The notes under the pieces were generated by a model. It was given only the letters and a program-made list of their open reading frames with translations. It was not told where the DNA came from and made no database searches. A stretch of DNA of 63,448 nt, the filler included, from Nemertoderma westbladi (taxonomy: Eukaryota; Animalia; Xenacoelomorpha), in assembly GCA_032718475.1 (NCBI GenBank). It is 3 parts of 3 records of this genome, joined end to end, with 100 filler letters (N's around TTAATTAATTAA, not from the genome) between each part and the next. Parts side by side here need not be neighbours in the genome. Positions count along the whole stretch, not along the records: positions 31,495 to 55,147 come from JAUCBJ010005523.1; 2 more parts are not named here. One strand, 5' to 3'. This document shows positions 36,311-50,300 of the stretch, in pieces. A program made the position numbers and the translations under genes. How positions within the stretch are numbered: position 1 is the first letter of the stretch; each line of letters opens with the position of its first letter.

Positions 36311-37215
36311 GTAAATAAAATAAAGAGCGCCAATCTAAAAAGGCAATCGCCTTCTAGGGAAGAAATACTAGGCAGAGCGGCTAGTAACGAAATACTCGGC
36401 AGTATTTACTAGGAGAGCGAGCTCGGACAGTGGAAATGAGGTCCATCAAGGATTCCCGAATTTACTTTGCTGTCGCATTACGCGAAAATTTTTAAGTAAA
36501 TACTATAAATTATATATTCTATAATTCTATAAATTCTAATAAATTCTAATAAATACTATCTTCTATTATAAATTACTCAGAGCAACATCATACGGTTTAA
36601 AGAGCCGGAACTGAGGGTAGTTCATAATAATGGCTGCTCACTACGGTGGCTGATTTGGGCCAATTAGAGAAGAACTTTTTTCTGGGTGATAATATTATCA
36701 CCAGGATGATAAATGATATCAATAATATCACCCGGGTGATAATTAATATCAGCTGGACTATAAGTAACATGCAGACACACCCCTTACTAACAACGACCAC
36801 ACACCTGGGAAGCCTTGAAGACTTTCATCCAAGCACCAACTCCCGATATATCTTCAAATGCCGAATTTCCTCCTTCAAGAAATCCAATGTCATCATAATC
36901 ATCTTCAGGAGAAGTTTCGGCTAAGATTATTGAAAATGAAAGTAAAACTTATGAAAAGCGAATGTATTATGATTCGGGGACATAGGATCGATACCGGCAT
37001 TAATCTTAATAATTTACCTTGTCTGCGGTTTCTATTCTTTTGAACTTGCTCGTCTGTTGTCTGGGGGTCTTCATTTTCAAGGGATCGCCTCTTTCTTTTT
37101 TCTAGACCAAAATAAAAATCAATTACCAAGATAAATTACGGCCAAACTAAAATGCAAAGACATCCAGTGTAGTAAGTAGCCTGGTATTTGGTAATCCTTG
37201 TATGGACTGTAGGGA

Positions 37216-37600
37216 TTGGGGGACATTAGTGCCCGCGAGACGTTAGTTCCCACGGGCACGGGCACTAATGTCTCAAGACTTTAGTGCCCGCGAGTCATTA
37301 GTGCACGAGAACCTTGTCTGCAAGAGAGACGTTAGTGCCCGCGAGTCATTACTGCCCGAGGACCTTGTCTGCAAGTGAGACGTTAGTGCCCGCGAGTCAT
37401 TAGTGCCCGAGGACCTTGTCTGCAAGTGAGACGTTAGTGCCCGCGAGTTATTAGTGCCCGAGGAACTTGTCTGCAAGTGAGATGTTAGTGCCCGCGAGTC
37501 ATTAGTGCCCGAGGACCTTGTCTGCAAGTGAGACGTTAGTGCCCACGAGTCATTAGTGCCCGAGGAACTTGTCTGCAAGTGAGATGTTAGTGCCCGCGAG

Positions 37601-37637
<37 letters not shown>

Positions 37638-40600
37638 ACCCATAGTCAAAAATTGCACATATGAAATTTATTTCAAATAAAAAATAGATCTTTAGATAAA
37701 AATATATACAGTAAGTAGTGGGGGAGGAGACTAACCAGGCCCGTGCACTTACGGTTAGCCATTCCATTATTTAAGTTAATTAATTTGTATACTAATCGTT
37801 ATAAGTACATGTAAAAGTAACTAAAAAGTATTAAATAATTAAACGTTTCCCTGATAAAAATATTTTTCTAAAAAATATTGTTAAAGATATTTTTCTACTG
37901 CCCGTACTGAAATTGGTATATTAACAATAAATAGTATTATATAATAACATGAGTTATGCCAAAAATAATCCAATTATTATAAAAATCTGTTAAAACTGCA
38001 GTATTTTAAAAGGTCTACATCCCGTGCTAAAATATTACTAAAAATATTAATGTTTGGGGCTGATGCAGCATTAGAAGGTAGGTCGTTCCACATACTAACT
38101 ATCCTATTACAAAAATATTTCTGACAAATTTGTAGGCGGCAAAAATTGTGTTGCAATTTATATTGGTGACCTCTAAGACCCCTTCGTGTAGCAAAGCTAA
38201 AAAAATCATCAAAATTCATTTGCACTGCACCGGTGATTATAGAGTAAACCTGTTTTAAATCAAACACATGACGTCTAACTTCGAGTGGTTGTAAGTTTAA
38301 GTACTCAAGTCTATCTAAATAAGGCACCATGGTTAATTTACATCTAAAAAATAATCTGCGCGTAAAATATCTCTGTACGTGTTCGATCAGATCTATATGT
38401 CCTTTGGTAAAAGGAGACCAAATTACTGTACAATATTCCAATAAGGGACGCACATAAGATTTATAAGCACAAATTAGGGCTGCCACATTACGAGTACGAA
38501 AACATCTAAAAATCATATTGATTGATTACTTTAGTTGATTTCAGAGCACGCTCATGGCAATGTTTATTAAATTTAAAATCAGAAGAAATCGTAACTCCGA
38601 GATCCTTACAATCATCCTCTGCTTTAACAAGTTTACTATCTAGAAAATATTGCTGTTGAGGGTTATTGTAACCTAAATAGAGCACTATACATTTGTGTGG
38701 AGCGATATTCAACTGCCATTTATTAGACCATTCTGTGATTTTGTACAGGGACTGTGATATCAGTAAGTGGTCGCTGGATGGCGCATATATTTTGACGTCG
38801 TCAGCAAATAGTTTACACGATAACCCTAAATTAAATATATCCGGTAAATCGTTAATAAAAAGCACAAATAAAATTGGACCTAGTACGCTACCTTGTATGG
38901 TGCCCGACGTAACTGGACTATAATCCGAGAAACTACTACCAACTAAAATACGTTGTGATCTATATGCGAGAAAAGCCTTTAACCAATAAAATAAGTCACC
39001 TACTATACCGTAAGAAGAAAGTTTACACAAAAGTTTTTGGTGCACAACAGAATCAAAGGCTTTCGCAAAGTCTATGTAGATTACATCAACAGTGCACTTT
39101 CTATCTAATAATTTAATCCAATCCTTTGTACATTCTAATAGCTGGGTACATGTAGACTTATTTTTTAAGAAGCCATGTTGGGCCTTATTAATTAATTTGT
39201 TAGTAAATAAGTAATCACACAAATCTTGTTTAATACACTGCTCCATAATTTTACACGCAATACAAGTCAATGAAACGGGTCTGTAGTTATATGGGTCACT
39301 CGAGTTTCCTTTTTTGTACAACGGGACAGAGGACCTTGTCTGCAAGTGAGACGTTAGTGCGCGCGAGTTATTAGTGCCCGAGGAACTTGTCTGCAAGTGA
39401 GATGTTAGTGCCCGCGAGTCATTAGTGCCCGAGGACCTTGTCTGCAAGTGAGACGTTAGTGCCCGCGAGTTATTAGTGCCCGAGGAACTTGTCTGCAAGT
39501 GAGATGTTAGTGCCCGCGAGTCATTACTGCCCGAGGACCTTGTCTGCAAGTGAGACGTTAGTGCCCGCGAGTCAATAGTGCCCGAGGACCTTGTCTGCAA
39601 GTGAGACGTTAGTGCCCGCGAGTCATTACTGCCCGAGGACCTTGTCTGCAAGTAAGACGTTAGTGCCCGCGAGTCATTAGTGCCCGAGGACCTTGTCTGC
39701 AAGTAAGACGTTAGTGCCCGCGAGTCATTAGTGCCCGAGGACCTTGTCTGCAAGTGAGACGTTAGTGCCCGCGAGTCATTAGTGCCCGAGGACCTTGTCT
39801 GCAAGTGAGACGTTAGTGCCCGCGAGTCATTAGTGCCCGAGGACCTTGTCTGCAAGTGAGACGTTAGTGCCCGCGAGTCATTAGTGCCCGAGGACCTTGT
39901 CAACAAGTGAGACGTTAGTGCCCGCGAGTCATTAGTGCCCGCACCCCGCACTGAATTTCGAAGTTAGTATAAGGCTATCCGATTTTCTTCTTACTTATAT
40001 CCCGTTCAACCAAAGTAGTTGACAACGACCTCTACCATTAACATACACTAATTTAAATAATTCCCAAATTTAATTAACTAAAAGTTCTACTTTACATTTA
40101 ATTCGTCGAAAAATTTCAGACAGACGACTGAGTATTTTTTCTGAAATCTTTCATTCATTACTAAAATATATAAAATCCATTGGTATTCTATGGGTATTAT
40201 ATTTATATATTATACCAAGTCCCCATTAGTCAGTATGTCGGTACATTCAATTATTACTAAAATATAATAGTTAGTGCGTCCTCGGACGATTATACAATAG
40301 TATTTATTACACCTTATTTATTTATTATAAGCTGAAACCTTTAAACAATGTAAACATATCAGTCTAAAGTAGGTTATGTATTAACTATCAAAAATTCTAC
40401 CATGTCTAGCAATTAATTAATTTTTTAATCGTAAAAGATTCAAGTTGAAAGTAAAAGAGTTAAATTTAACTTGGTGCGGGAACTAAAGACTGGAAATTTA
40501 GCCGTTTAAAGTTAGAAGATAGTCACGACTCGTTTGCTTCAGCTCAGCAGGAACTTGAAAGACGCGGGAAATATCTTTTAGCGGGCACTAACGTCTCGCG

Positions 40601-40728
40601 GGCACTAACGTCCCATGGGACATCAGTGCCCGAGATAATGCGACTAAGTGAACGCGGGCACTAAAGGTACTGAGACATTAGCGCCCGCAGGCACTAATGT
40701 CTCGCAGCCACTAACGTCCCAAGACCGT
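37216..40728. mobile_element. Foldback/MULE-like non-autonomous element with modular inverted ends and an internal 51-bp tandem array
   Basis: GGGACRTTAGTGCCCGCGAGACRTTAG modules at the left end are inverted at ~40580-40725. The 51-bp array spans 37280-37605 and 39328-39941. No TSD identified. Confidence 0.6.
37603..39327 (-). mobile_element. 5'-truncated CR1 LINE with (TAA)n tail, inserted in the 51-bp array
   Basis: NYRPVSLTCI.CK, QHGF, IDFAKAFDSV, QGSVLGP, LFADD, KDLGV. After a frameshift at ~38510: YKSYVRPLLEY, RGH..KL, WN.LP. (ATT)n at 37603-37636. Confidence 0.93.
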
Positions 40729-41328
40729 TTGGTGGTCCGTTGTTTGGTATGTAAGCAGCATACCAATTTATCTGGGTAATTGCGATCTTCCTTCACATCG
40801 GTTAGTTATTCTGTTCGAAAGTTACAATGAATGACTTACTCTTCCAGAATCAACTGTATCTAGATTCAATAGTGTAGCTAATTATTGGTTCAACTATCAT
40901 TACCTTGAAAAACCGTTTATTCGCTTACAATGATAGTTGATGTAAGTTCCTCACTGTTCCAGAGGCAGCAACTGTTCTAGTTCTTTTCTTTTTCAGGTGC
41001 CTTGTAAATATGGCCAAGTTTATTGCAGCGTGAATCCCAAATAATTATTCATATTCATTGCAAACCAATTAATTACTTCTTTACCATTGTAGTTAAACTT
41101 ATCATCATTTTTAATCTCCCACCCTCTCTAAACTTCAGTCTTTTTATGTTCTCTGAGAGTCTATTCTGTATACAAGTAAAAATCTATCAAAGAAATCTCC
41201 ATTTCTTCTCGATTATGAGAATAAAGTACTAAATCAGTTCTTCCTTGAATACCAAACTCCCCAATTTATGAAGTAATCGGCTGGTGCCAAGGATACTATC
41301 AAACGCTTTTAATTAAATGGTAAACCAA

Positions 41329-44300
41329 CACTGCACCCCGTGGGATACACACTCTCGTGCACCCCGTGGGATACCAGCACACGTGCACTCTGTGGGATAC
41401 AAGCACTCGTGCACCCTTGGGATACACGCACTCGTGCACCCAGTGGAATACACGCACTCGTGCACCCAGTGGGATACACGCACTCGTGCACCCGGTGGGA
41501 TACACGCACTCGTGCACCCCGTGGGATACACGCACTCGTGCACCCCGTGGGATACACGAACTCGTGCACCCAGTGGGATACACCACTCGTGCACCCCGTG
41601 GGATACACCACTCGTGCACCCAGTGGGATACACGCACTCGTGCACCCCGTGGGATACACGCACTCGTGCACCCCGTGGGATACACGCACTCGTGCACCCC
41701 TGTGGGATACACGCACTAGTGCACCCCGTGGGATACATGCACTCGTCTACCCCGTAGGATACACGCACTAGTGCATCCCGTGGGATACACGCACTCGTCC
41801 ACCCCGTGGGATACACGCTCTCGTTCACCCCGTGGGATACACGTACTCGTGCACCCAGTGGGATACACGCACTCGTGCAACCAGTGAGATACACGCACTC
41901 GTGCACCGCGTGGGATACACGCACTCGTGCACCCCGTGGGAGACACCACTCGTGCACCCCGCGTAATACACGCACACGTGCACCACGCACTCGTGCACCC
42001 CTTGGGACACACCACTCGTGCACCCCGTGGGATACACGCACTCGTGCACACCCCGTGGGATACACGCACTCGTGTACACCCCGTGGGATACACCACTCGT
42101 GCACCCCGTGGGATACACCACTCGTGCACCCCGTGGGATACACGCACTCGTGCACCCCGTGGGATACACCACTCATGCACCCCGTGGGATACTCGCACTC
42201 GTGCACCCCGTGGGATACACGCACTCGTGCACCGCGTGGGATATACCACTCGTGCACCCCGTGGGATACACGAACTCTTGCACCCCGTGGGATACTCGCA
42301 CTCGCGCACCCCGTGGGATACACGCACTCGTGCACCCAGTGGGATACACGCACTCTTGCACCCCGTGGGATGCACGCACTCGTGCAACCCGTGGGATACA
42401 CACACTCGTGCACCCAGTGGGATACACGCACTCGTGGAACCCGTGGGATACACGCACTCGTGCACCCAGTGGGATACACGCACTCGTGCACCCCGTGCCC
42501 GTGGGATACACGCACTCGTGCACCCCGTGGGATACACGCACTCGTGCACCCCGTGGGATACACGCACTCGTGCACCCCGTGGGATACACGCACTCGTGCA
42601 CTCCATGGGATACACTGACTCGTGCACTCCATGGGATACACTGACTCGTGCACCCCGTGGGATACAAGCACTCATCCACCCCGTGGGATACACGCACACG
42701 TGCACCCCGTGGGATACACCACTCGTGCACCCCGTTGGATACACGCACTCCGGCACCCCTTAGGATACACGCATTCGTTCACCCCGTGGGATACACGCAC
42801 TCGTGCACCCCGTGGGATACATGCACTCGTGCACCCCGTGGGATACACGCACTCGTGCACCCCGTGGGATACAGGCACTCGTGCACCCCGTGGGATACAC
42901 GCACTCGTGCACCCCGTGGGATTCACGCACTCGTGCACCCCGTGGGATATACGCACTCGTGCACCCCGTGGGATACACGCACTCGTGCACCCCGTGGGAT
43001 ACACGCACTCGTGCACCCCGTGGGATACACGCACTCGTGCACCCCGTGGGATACACGCACTCGTGCACCCCGTGGGATACACGCACTCGTGCACCCCGTG
43101 GGATACACGCACTCGTGCAACCCGTGGGATACACGCACTCGTGCACCCCGTTGGATACACGCACTCGTGCACCCGTGGGATACACGCACTCGTGCACCCG
43201 TGGGATACACGCACTCGTGCACCCGTGGGAAACATGCACTCGTGCACTCCGTGAGATACACGCACTCGTGCACCCATGGGATACACGCACTCGTGCACCC
43301 CGTGGGATACACTCACTCGTGCACCCCGTGGGATACACGCACTCGTGCAACCAGTGAGATACACGCACTCGTGCACCGCGTGGGATACACGCACTCGTGC
43401 ACCCCGTGGGAGACACCACTCGTGCACCCCGCGTAATACACGCACACGTGCACCACGCACTCGTGCACCCCTTGGGACACACCACTCGTGCACCCCGTGG
43501 GATACACGCACTCGTGCACACCCCGTGGGATACACGCACTCGTGTACACCCCGTGGGTAACACCACTCGTGCACCCCGTGGGATACACCACTCGTGCACC
43601 CCGTGGGATACACCACTCGTACACCCCGTGGGATACTCGCACTCGTGCACCCCGTGGGATACACGCACTCGTGCACCGCGTGGGATATACCACTCGTGCA
43701 CCCCGTGGGATACACGCACTCTTGCACCCCGTGGGATACTCGCACTCGCGCACCCCGTGGGATACACGCACTCGTGCACCCCGTGGGATACACGCACTCT
43801 TGCACCCCGTGGGATGCACGCACTCGTGCAACCCGTGGGATACACACACTCGTGCACACAGTGGGATACACGCACTCGTGCAACCCGTGGGATACACACA
43901 CTCGTGCACACAGTGGGATACTCGCACTCGTGCACCCCGTGGGATACACGCACTCGTGCACCCCGTGGGATACACGCACTCGTGCACCCCGTGGGATACA
44001 CCACTCGTACAGCCCGTGGGATACTCGCACTCGTGCACCCCGTGGGATACACGCACTCGTGCACCGCGTGGGATATATTACTCGTGCACCCCGTGGGATA
44101 CACGCACTCTTGCACCCCGTGGGATACTCGCACTCGCGCACCCCGTGGGATACACGCACTCGTGCACCCCGTGGGATACACGCACTCTTGCACCCCGTGG
44201 GATGCACGCACTCGTGCAACCCGTGGGATACACACACTCGTGCACACAGTGGGATACTCGCACTCGTGCAACCCGTGGGATACACGCACTCGTGCACCCA

Positions 44301-47300
44301 GTGGGATACACGCACTCGTGCACCCCGTGCCCGTGGGATACACGCACTCTTGCACCCCGTGGGATACTCGCACTCGCGCACCCCGTGGGATACACGCACT
44401 CGTGCACCCCGTGGGATACACGCACTCTTGCACCCCGTGGGATGCACGCACTCGTGCAACCCGTGGGATACACACACTCGTGCACCCAGTGGGATACACG
44501 CACTTGTGGAACCCGTGGGATACACGCACTCGTGCACCCAGTGGGATACACGCACTCGTGCACCCCGTGCCCGTGGGATACACGCACTCGTGCACCCCGT
44601 GGGATACACGCACTCGTGCACCCCGTGGGATACACGCACTCGTGCACTCCATGGGATACACTGACTCGTGCACTCCATGGGATACACTGACTCGTGCACC
44701 CCGTGGGATACAAGCACTCATCCACCCCGTGGGATACACGCACACGTGCACCCCGTGGGATACACCACTCGTGCACCCCGTTGGATACACGCACTCGGGC
44801 ACCCCTTAGGATACACGCATTCGTGCACCCCGTGGGATACACGCACTCGTGCACCCCGTGGGATACATGCACTCGTGCACCCCGTGGGATACACGCACTC
44901 GTGCACCCCGTGGGATACAGGCACTCGTGCACCCGGTGGGATACACGCACTCGTGCACCCCGTGGGATACACGCACTCGTGCACCCCGTGGGATTCACGC
45001 ACTCGTGCACCCCGTGGGATATACGCACTCGTGCACCCCGTGGGATACACGCACTCGTGCACCCCGTGGGATACACGCACTCGTGCACCCCGTGGGATAC
45101 ACGCACTCGTGCACCCCGTGGGATACACGCACTCGTGCACCCCGTGGGATACACGCACTCGTGCAACCCGTGGGATACACGCACTCGTGCACCCCGTTGG
45201 ATACACGCACTCGTGCACCCGTGGGATACACGCACTCGTGCACCCGTGGGATACACGCACTCGTGCACCCGTGGGAAACATGCACTCGTGCACTCCGTGA
45301 GATACACGCACTCGTGCACCCATGGGATACACGCACTCGTGCACCCCGTGGGATACACTCACTCGTGCACCCCGTGGGATACACGCACTCGTGCAACCAG
45401 TGAGATACACGCACTCGTGCACCGCGTGGGATACACGCACTCGTGCACCCCGTGGGAGACACCACTCGTGCACCCCGCGTAATACACGCACACGTGCACC
45501 ACGCACTCGTGCACCCCTTGGGACACACCACTCGTGCACCCCGTGGGATACACGCACTCGTGCACACCCCGTGGGATACACGCACTCGTGTACACCCCGT
45601 GGGTAACACCACTCGTGCACCCCGTGGGATACACCACTCGTGCACCCCGTGGGATACACGCACTCTTGCACCCCGTGGGATACTCGCACTCGCGCACCCC
45701 GTGGGATACACGCACTCGTGCACCCCGTGGGATACACGCACTCTTGCACCCCGTGGGATGCACGCACTCGTGCAACCCGTGGGATACACACACTCGTGCA
45801 CCCAGTGGGATACACGCACTCGTGGAACCCGTGGGATACACGCACTCGTGCACCCAGTGGGATACACGCACTCGTGCACCCCGTGCCCGTGGGATACACG
45901 CACTCGTGCACCCCGTGGGATACACGCACTCGTGCACCCCGTGGGATACACGCACTCGTGCACCCCGTGGGATACACGCACTCGTGCACTCCATGGGATA
46001 CACTGACTCGTGCACTCCATGGGATACACTGACTCGTGCACCCCGTGGGATACAAGCACTCATCCACCCCGTGGGATACACGCACACGTGCACCCCGTGG
46101 GATACACCACTCGTGCACCCCGTTGGATACACGCACTCCGGCACCCCTTAGGATACACGCATTCGTTCACCCCGTGGGATACACGCACTCGTGCACCCCG
46201 TGGGATACATGCACTCGTGCACCCCGTGGGATACACGCACTCGTGCACCCCGTGGGATACAGGCACTCGTGCACCCCGTGGGATACACGCACTCGTGCAC
46301 CCCGTGGGATTCACGCACTCGTGCACCCCGTGGGATATACGCACTCGTGCACCCCGTGGGATACACGCACTCGTGCACCCCGTGGGATAGACGCACTCGT
46401 GCACCCCGTGGGATACACGCACTCGTGCACCCCGTGGGATACACGCACTCGTGCAACCCGTGGGATACACGCACTCGTGCACCCCGTTGGATACACGCAC
46501 TCGTGCACCCGTGGGATACACGCACTCGTGCACCCGTGGGATACACGCACTCGTGCACCCGTGGGAAACATGCACTCGTGCACTCCGTGAGATACACGCA
46601 CTCGTGCACCCATGGGATACACGCACTCGTGCACCCCGTGGGATACACTCACTCGTGCACCCCGTGGGATACACGCACTCGTGCAACCAGTGAGATACAC
46701 GCACTCGTGCACCGCGTGGGATACACGCACTCGTGCACCCCGTGGGAGACACCACTCGTGCACCCCGCGTAATACACGCACACGTGCACCACGCACTCGT
46801 GCACCCCTTGGGACACACCACTCGTGCACCCCGTGGGATACACGCACTCGTGCACACCCCGTGGGATACACGCACTCGTGTACACCCCGTGGGTAACACC
46901 ACTCGTGCACCCCGTGGGATACACCACTCGTGCACCCCGTGGGATACACCACTCGTACACCCCGTGGGATACTCGCACTCGTGCACCCCGTGGGATACAC
47001 GCACTCGTGCACCGCGTGGGATATACCACTCGTGCACCCCGTGGGATACACGCACTCTTGCACCCCGTGGGATACTCGCACTCGCGCACCCCGTGGGATA
47101 CACGCACTCGTGCACCCCGTGGGATACACGCACTCTTGCACCCCGTGGGATGCACGCACTCGTGCAACCCGTGGGATACACACACTCGTGCACACAGTGG
47201 GATACACGCACTCGTGCAACCCGTGGGATACACACACTCGTGCACACAGTGGGATACTCGCACTCGTGCACCCCGTGGGATACACGCACTCGTGCACCCC

Positions 47301-50300
47301 GTGGGATACACGCACTCGTGCACCCCGTGGGATACACCACTCGTACACCCCGTGGGATACTCGCACTCGTGCACCCCGTGGGATACACGCACTCGTGCAC
47401 CGCGTGGGATATACCACTCGTGCACCCCGTGGGATACACGCACTCTTGCACCCCGTGGGATACTCGCACTCGCGCACCCCGTGGGATACACGCACTCGTG
47501 CACCCCGTGGGATACACGCACTCTTGCACCCCGTGGGATGCACGCACTCGTGCAACCCGTGGGATACACACACTCGTGCACACAGTGGGATACTCGCACT
47601 CGTGCAACCCGTGGGATACACGCACTCGTGCACCCAGTGGGATACACGCACTCGTGCACCCCGTGCCCGTGGGATACACGCACTCTTGCACCCCGTGGGA
47701 TACTCGCACTCGCGCACCCCGTGGGATACACGCACTCGTGCACCCCGTGGGATACACGCACTCTTGCACCCCGTGGGATGCACGCACTCGTGCAACCCGT
47801 GGGATACACACACTCGTGCACCCAGTGGGATACACGCACTTGTGGAACCCGTGGGATACACGCACTCGTGCACCCAGTGGGATACACGCACTCGTGCACC
47901 CCGTGGGATACACGCACTCGTGCACCCCGTGGGATACACGCACTCGTGCACCCCGTGGGATACACGCACTCGTGCACTCCATGGGATACACTGACTCGTG
48001 CACTCCATGGGATACACTGACTCGTGCACCCCGTGGGATACAAGCACTCATCCACCCCGTGGGATACACGCACACGTGCACCCCGTGGGATACACCACTC
48101 GTGCACCCCGTTGGATACACGCACTCGGGCACCCCTTAGGATACACGCATTCGTGCACCCCGTGGGATACACGCACTCGTGCACCCCGTGGGATACATGC
48201 ACTCGTGCACCCCGTGGGATACACGCACTCGTGCACCCCGTGGGATACAGGCACTCGTGCACCCGGTGGGATACACGCACTCGTGCACCCCGTGGGATAC
48301 ACGCACTCGTGCACCCCGTGGGATTCACGCACTCGTGCACCCCGTGGGATTTACGCACTCGTGCACCCCGTGGGATACACGCACTCGTGCACCCCGTGGG
48401 ATACACGCACTCGTGCACCCCGTGGGATACACGCACTCGTGCACCCCGTGGGATACACGCACTCGTGCACCCCGTGGGATACACGCACTCGTGCAACCCG
48501 TGGGATACACGCACTCGTGCACCCCGTTGGATACACGCACTCGTGCACCCGTGGGATACACGCACTCGTGCACCCGTGGGATACACGCACTCGTGCACCC
48601 GTGGGAAACATGCACTCGTGCACTCCGTGAGATACACGCACTCGTGCACCCATGGGATACACGCACTCGTGCACCCCGTGGGATACACTCACTCGTGCAC
48701 CCCGTGGGATACACGCACTCGTGCAACCAGTGAGATACACGCACTCGTGCACCGCGTGGGATACACGCACTCGTGCACCCCGTGGGAGACACCACTCGTG
48801 CACCCCGCGTAATACACGCACACGTGCACCACGCACTCGTGCACCCCTTGGGACACACCACTCGTGCACCCCGTGGGATACACGCACTCGTGCACACCCC
48901 GTGGGATACACGCACTCGTGTACACCCCGTGGGTAACACCACTCGTGCACCCCGTGGGATACACGCACTCGTGCACCCCGTGGGATACACGCACTCGTGC
49001 ACCCCGTGGGAGACACCACTCGTGCACCCCGCGTAATACACGCACACGTGCACCACGCACTCGTGCACCCCTTGGGACACACCACTCGTGCACCCCGTGG
49101 GATACACGCACTCGTGCACACCCCGTGGGATACACGCACTCGTGTACACCCCGTGGGTAACACCACTCGTGCACCCCGTGGGATACACCACTCGTGCACC
49201 CCGTGGGATACACGCACTCGTGCACCCCGTGGGATACACCACTCGTACACCCCGTGGGATACTCGCACTCGTGCACCCCGTGGGATACACGCACTCGTGC
49301 ACCGCGTGGGATATACCACTCGTGCACCCCGTGGGATACACGCACTCTTGCACCCCGTGGGATACTCGCACTCGCGCACCCCGTGGGATACACGCACTCG
49401 TGCACCCCGTGGGATACACGCACTCTTGCACCCCGTGGGATGCACGCACTCGTGCAACCCGTGGGATACACACACTCGTGCACACAGTGGGATACTCGCA
49501 CTCGTGCAACCCGTGGGATACACGCACTCGTGCACCCAGTGGGATACACGCACTCGTGCACCCCGTGCCCGTGGGATACACGCACTCGTGCACCCCGTGG
49601 GATACACGCACTCGTGCACTCCATGGGATACACTTACTCGTGCACCCCGTGGGATACAAGCACTCATCCACCCCGTGGGATACACGCACACGTGCACCCC
49701 GTGGGATACACCACTCGTGCACCCCGTTGGATACACGCACTCGGGCACCCCTTAGGATACACGCATTCGTGCACCCCGTGGGATACACGCACTCGTGCAC
49801 CCCGTGGGATACATGCACTCGTGCACCCCGTGGGATACTCGCACTCGTGCACCCCGTGGGATACAGGCACTCGTGCACCCCGTGGAATACACGCACTCGT
49901 GCACCCCGTGGGATTCACGCACTCGTGCACCCCGTGGGATATACGCGCTCGTGCACCCCGTGGGATACACGAACTCGTGCACCCCGTGGGATACACGCAC
50001 TCGTGCACCCCGTGGGATACACGCACTCGTGCACCCAGTGGGATACACGCACTCGTGCACCCCGTGCCCGTGGGATACACGCACTCGTGCACCCCGTGGG
50101 ATACACGCACTCGTGCACCCCGTGGGATACACGCACTCGTGCACCCCGTGGGATACACGCACTCGTGCACTCCATGGGATACACTGACTCGTGCACTCCA
50201 TGGGATACACTGACTCGTGCACCCCGTGGGATACAAGCACTCATCCACCCCGTGGGATACACGCACACGTGCACCCCGTGGGATACACCACTCGTGCACC

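Noticed and set aside
1-40000. Minus-strand bias of TE fragments suggesting a uni-strand piRNA cluster
   Set aside because: Several elements (Penelope, L2-like, two RTE pieces) are on the + strand, so the bias is weak with so few elements.
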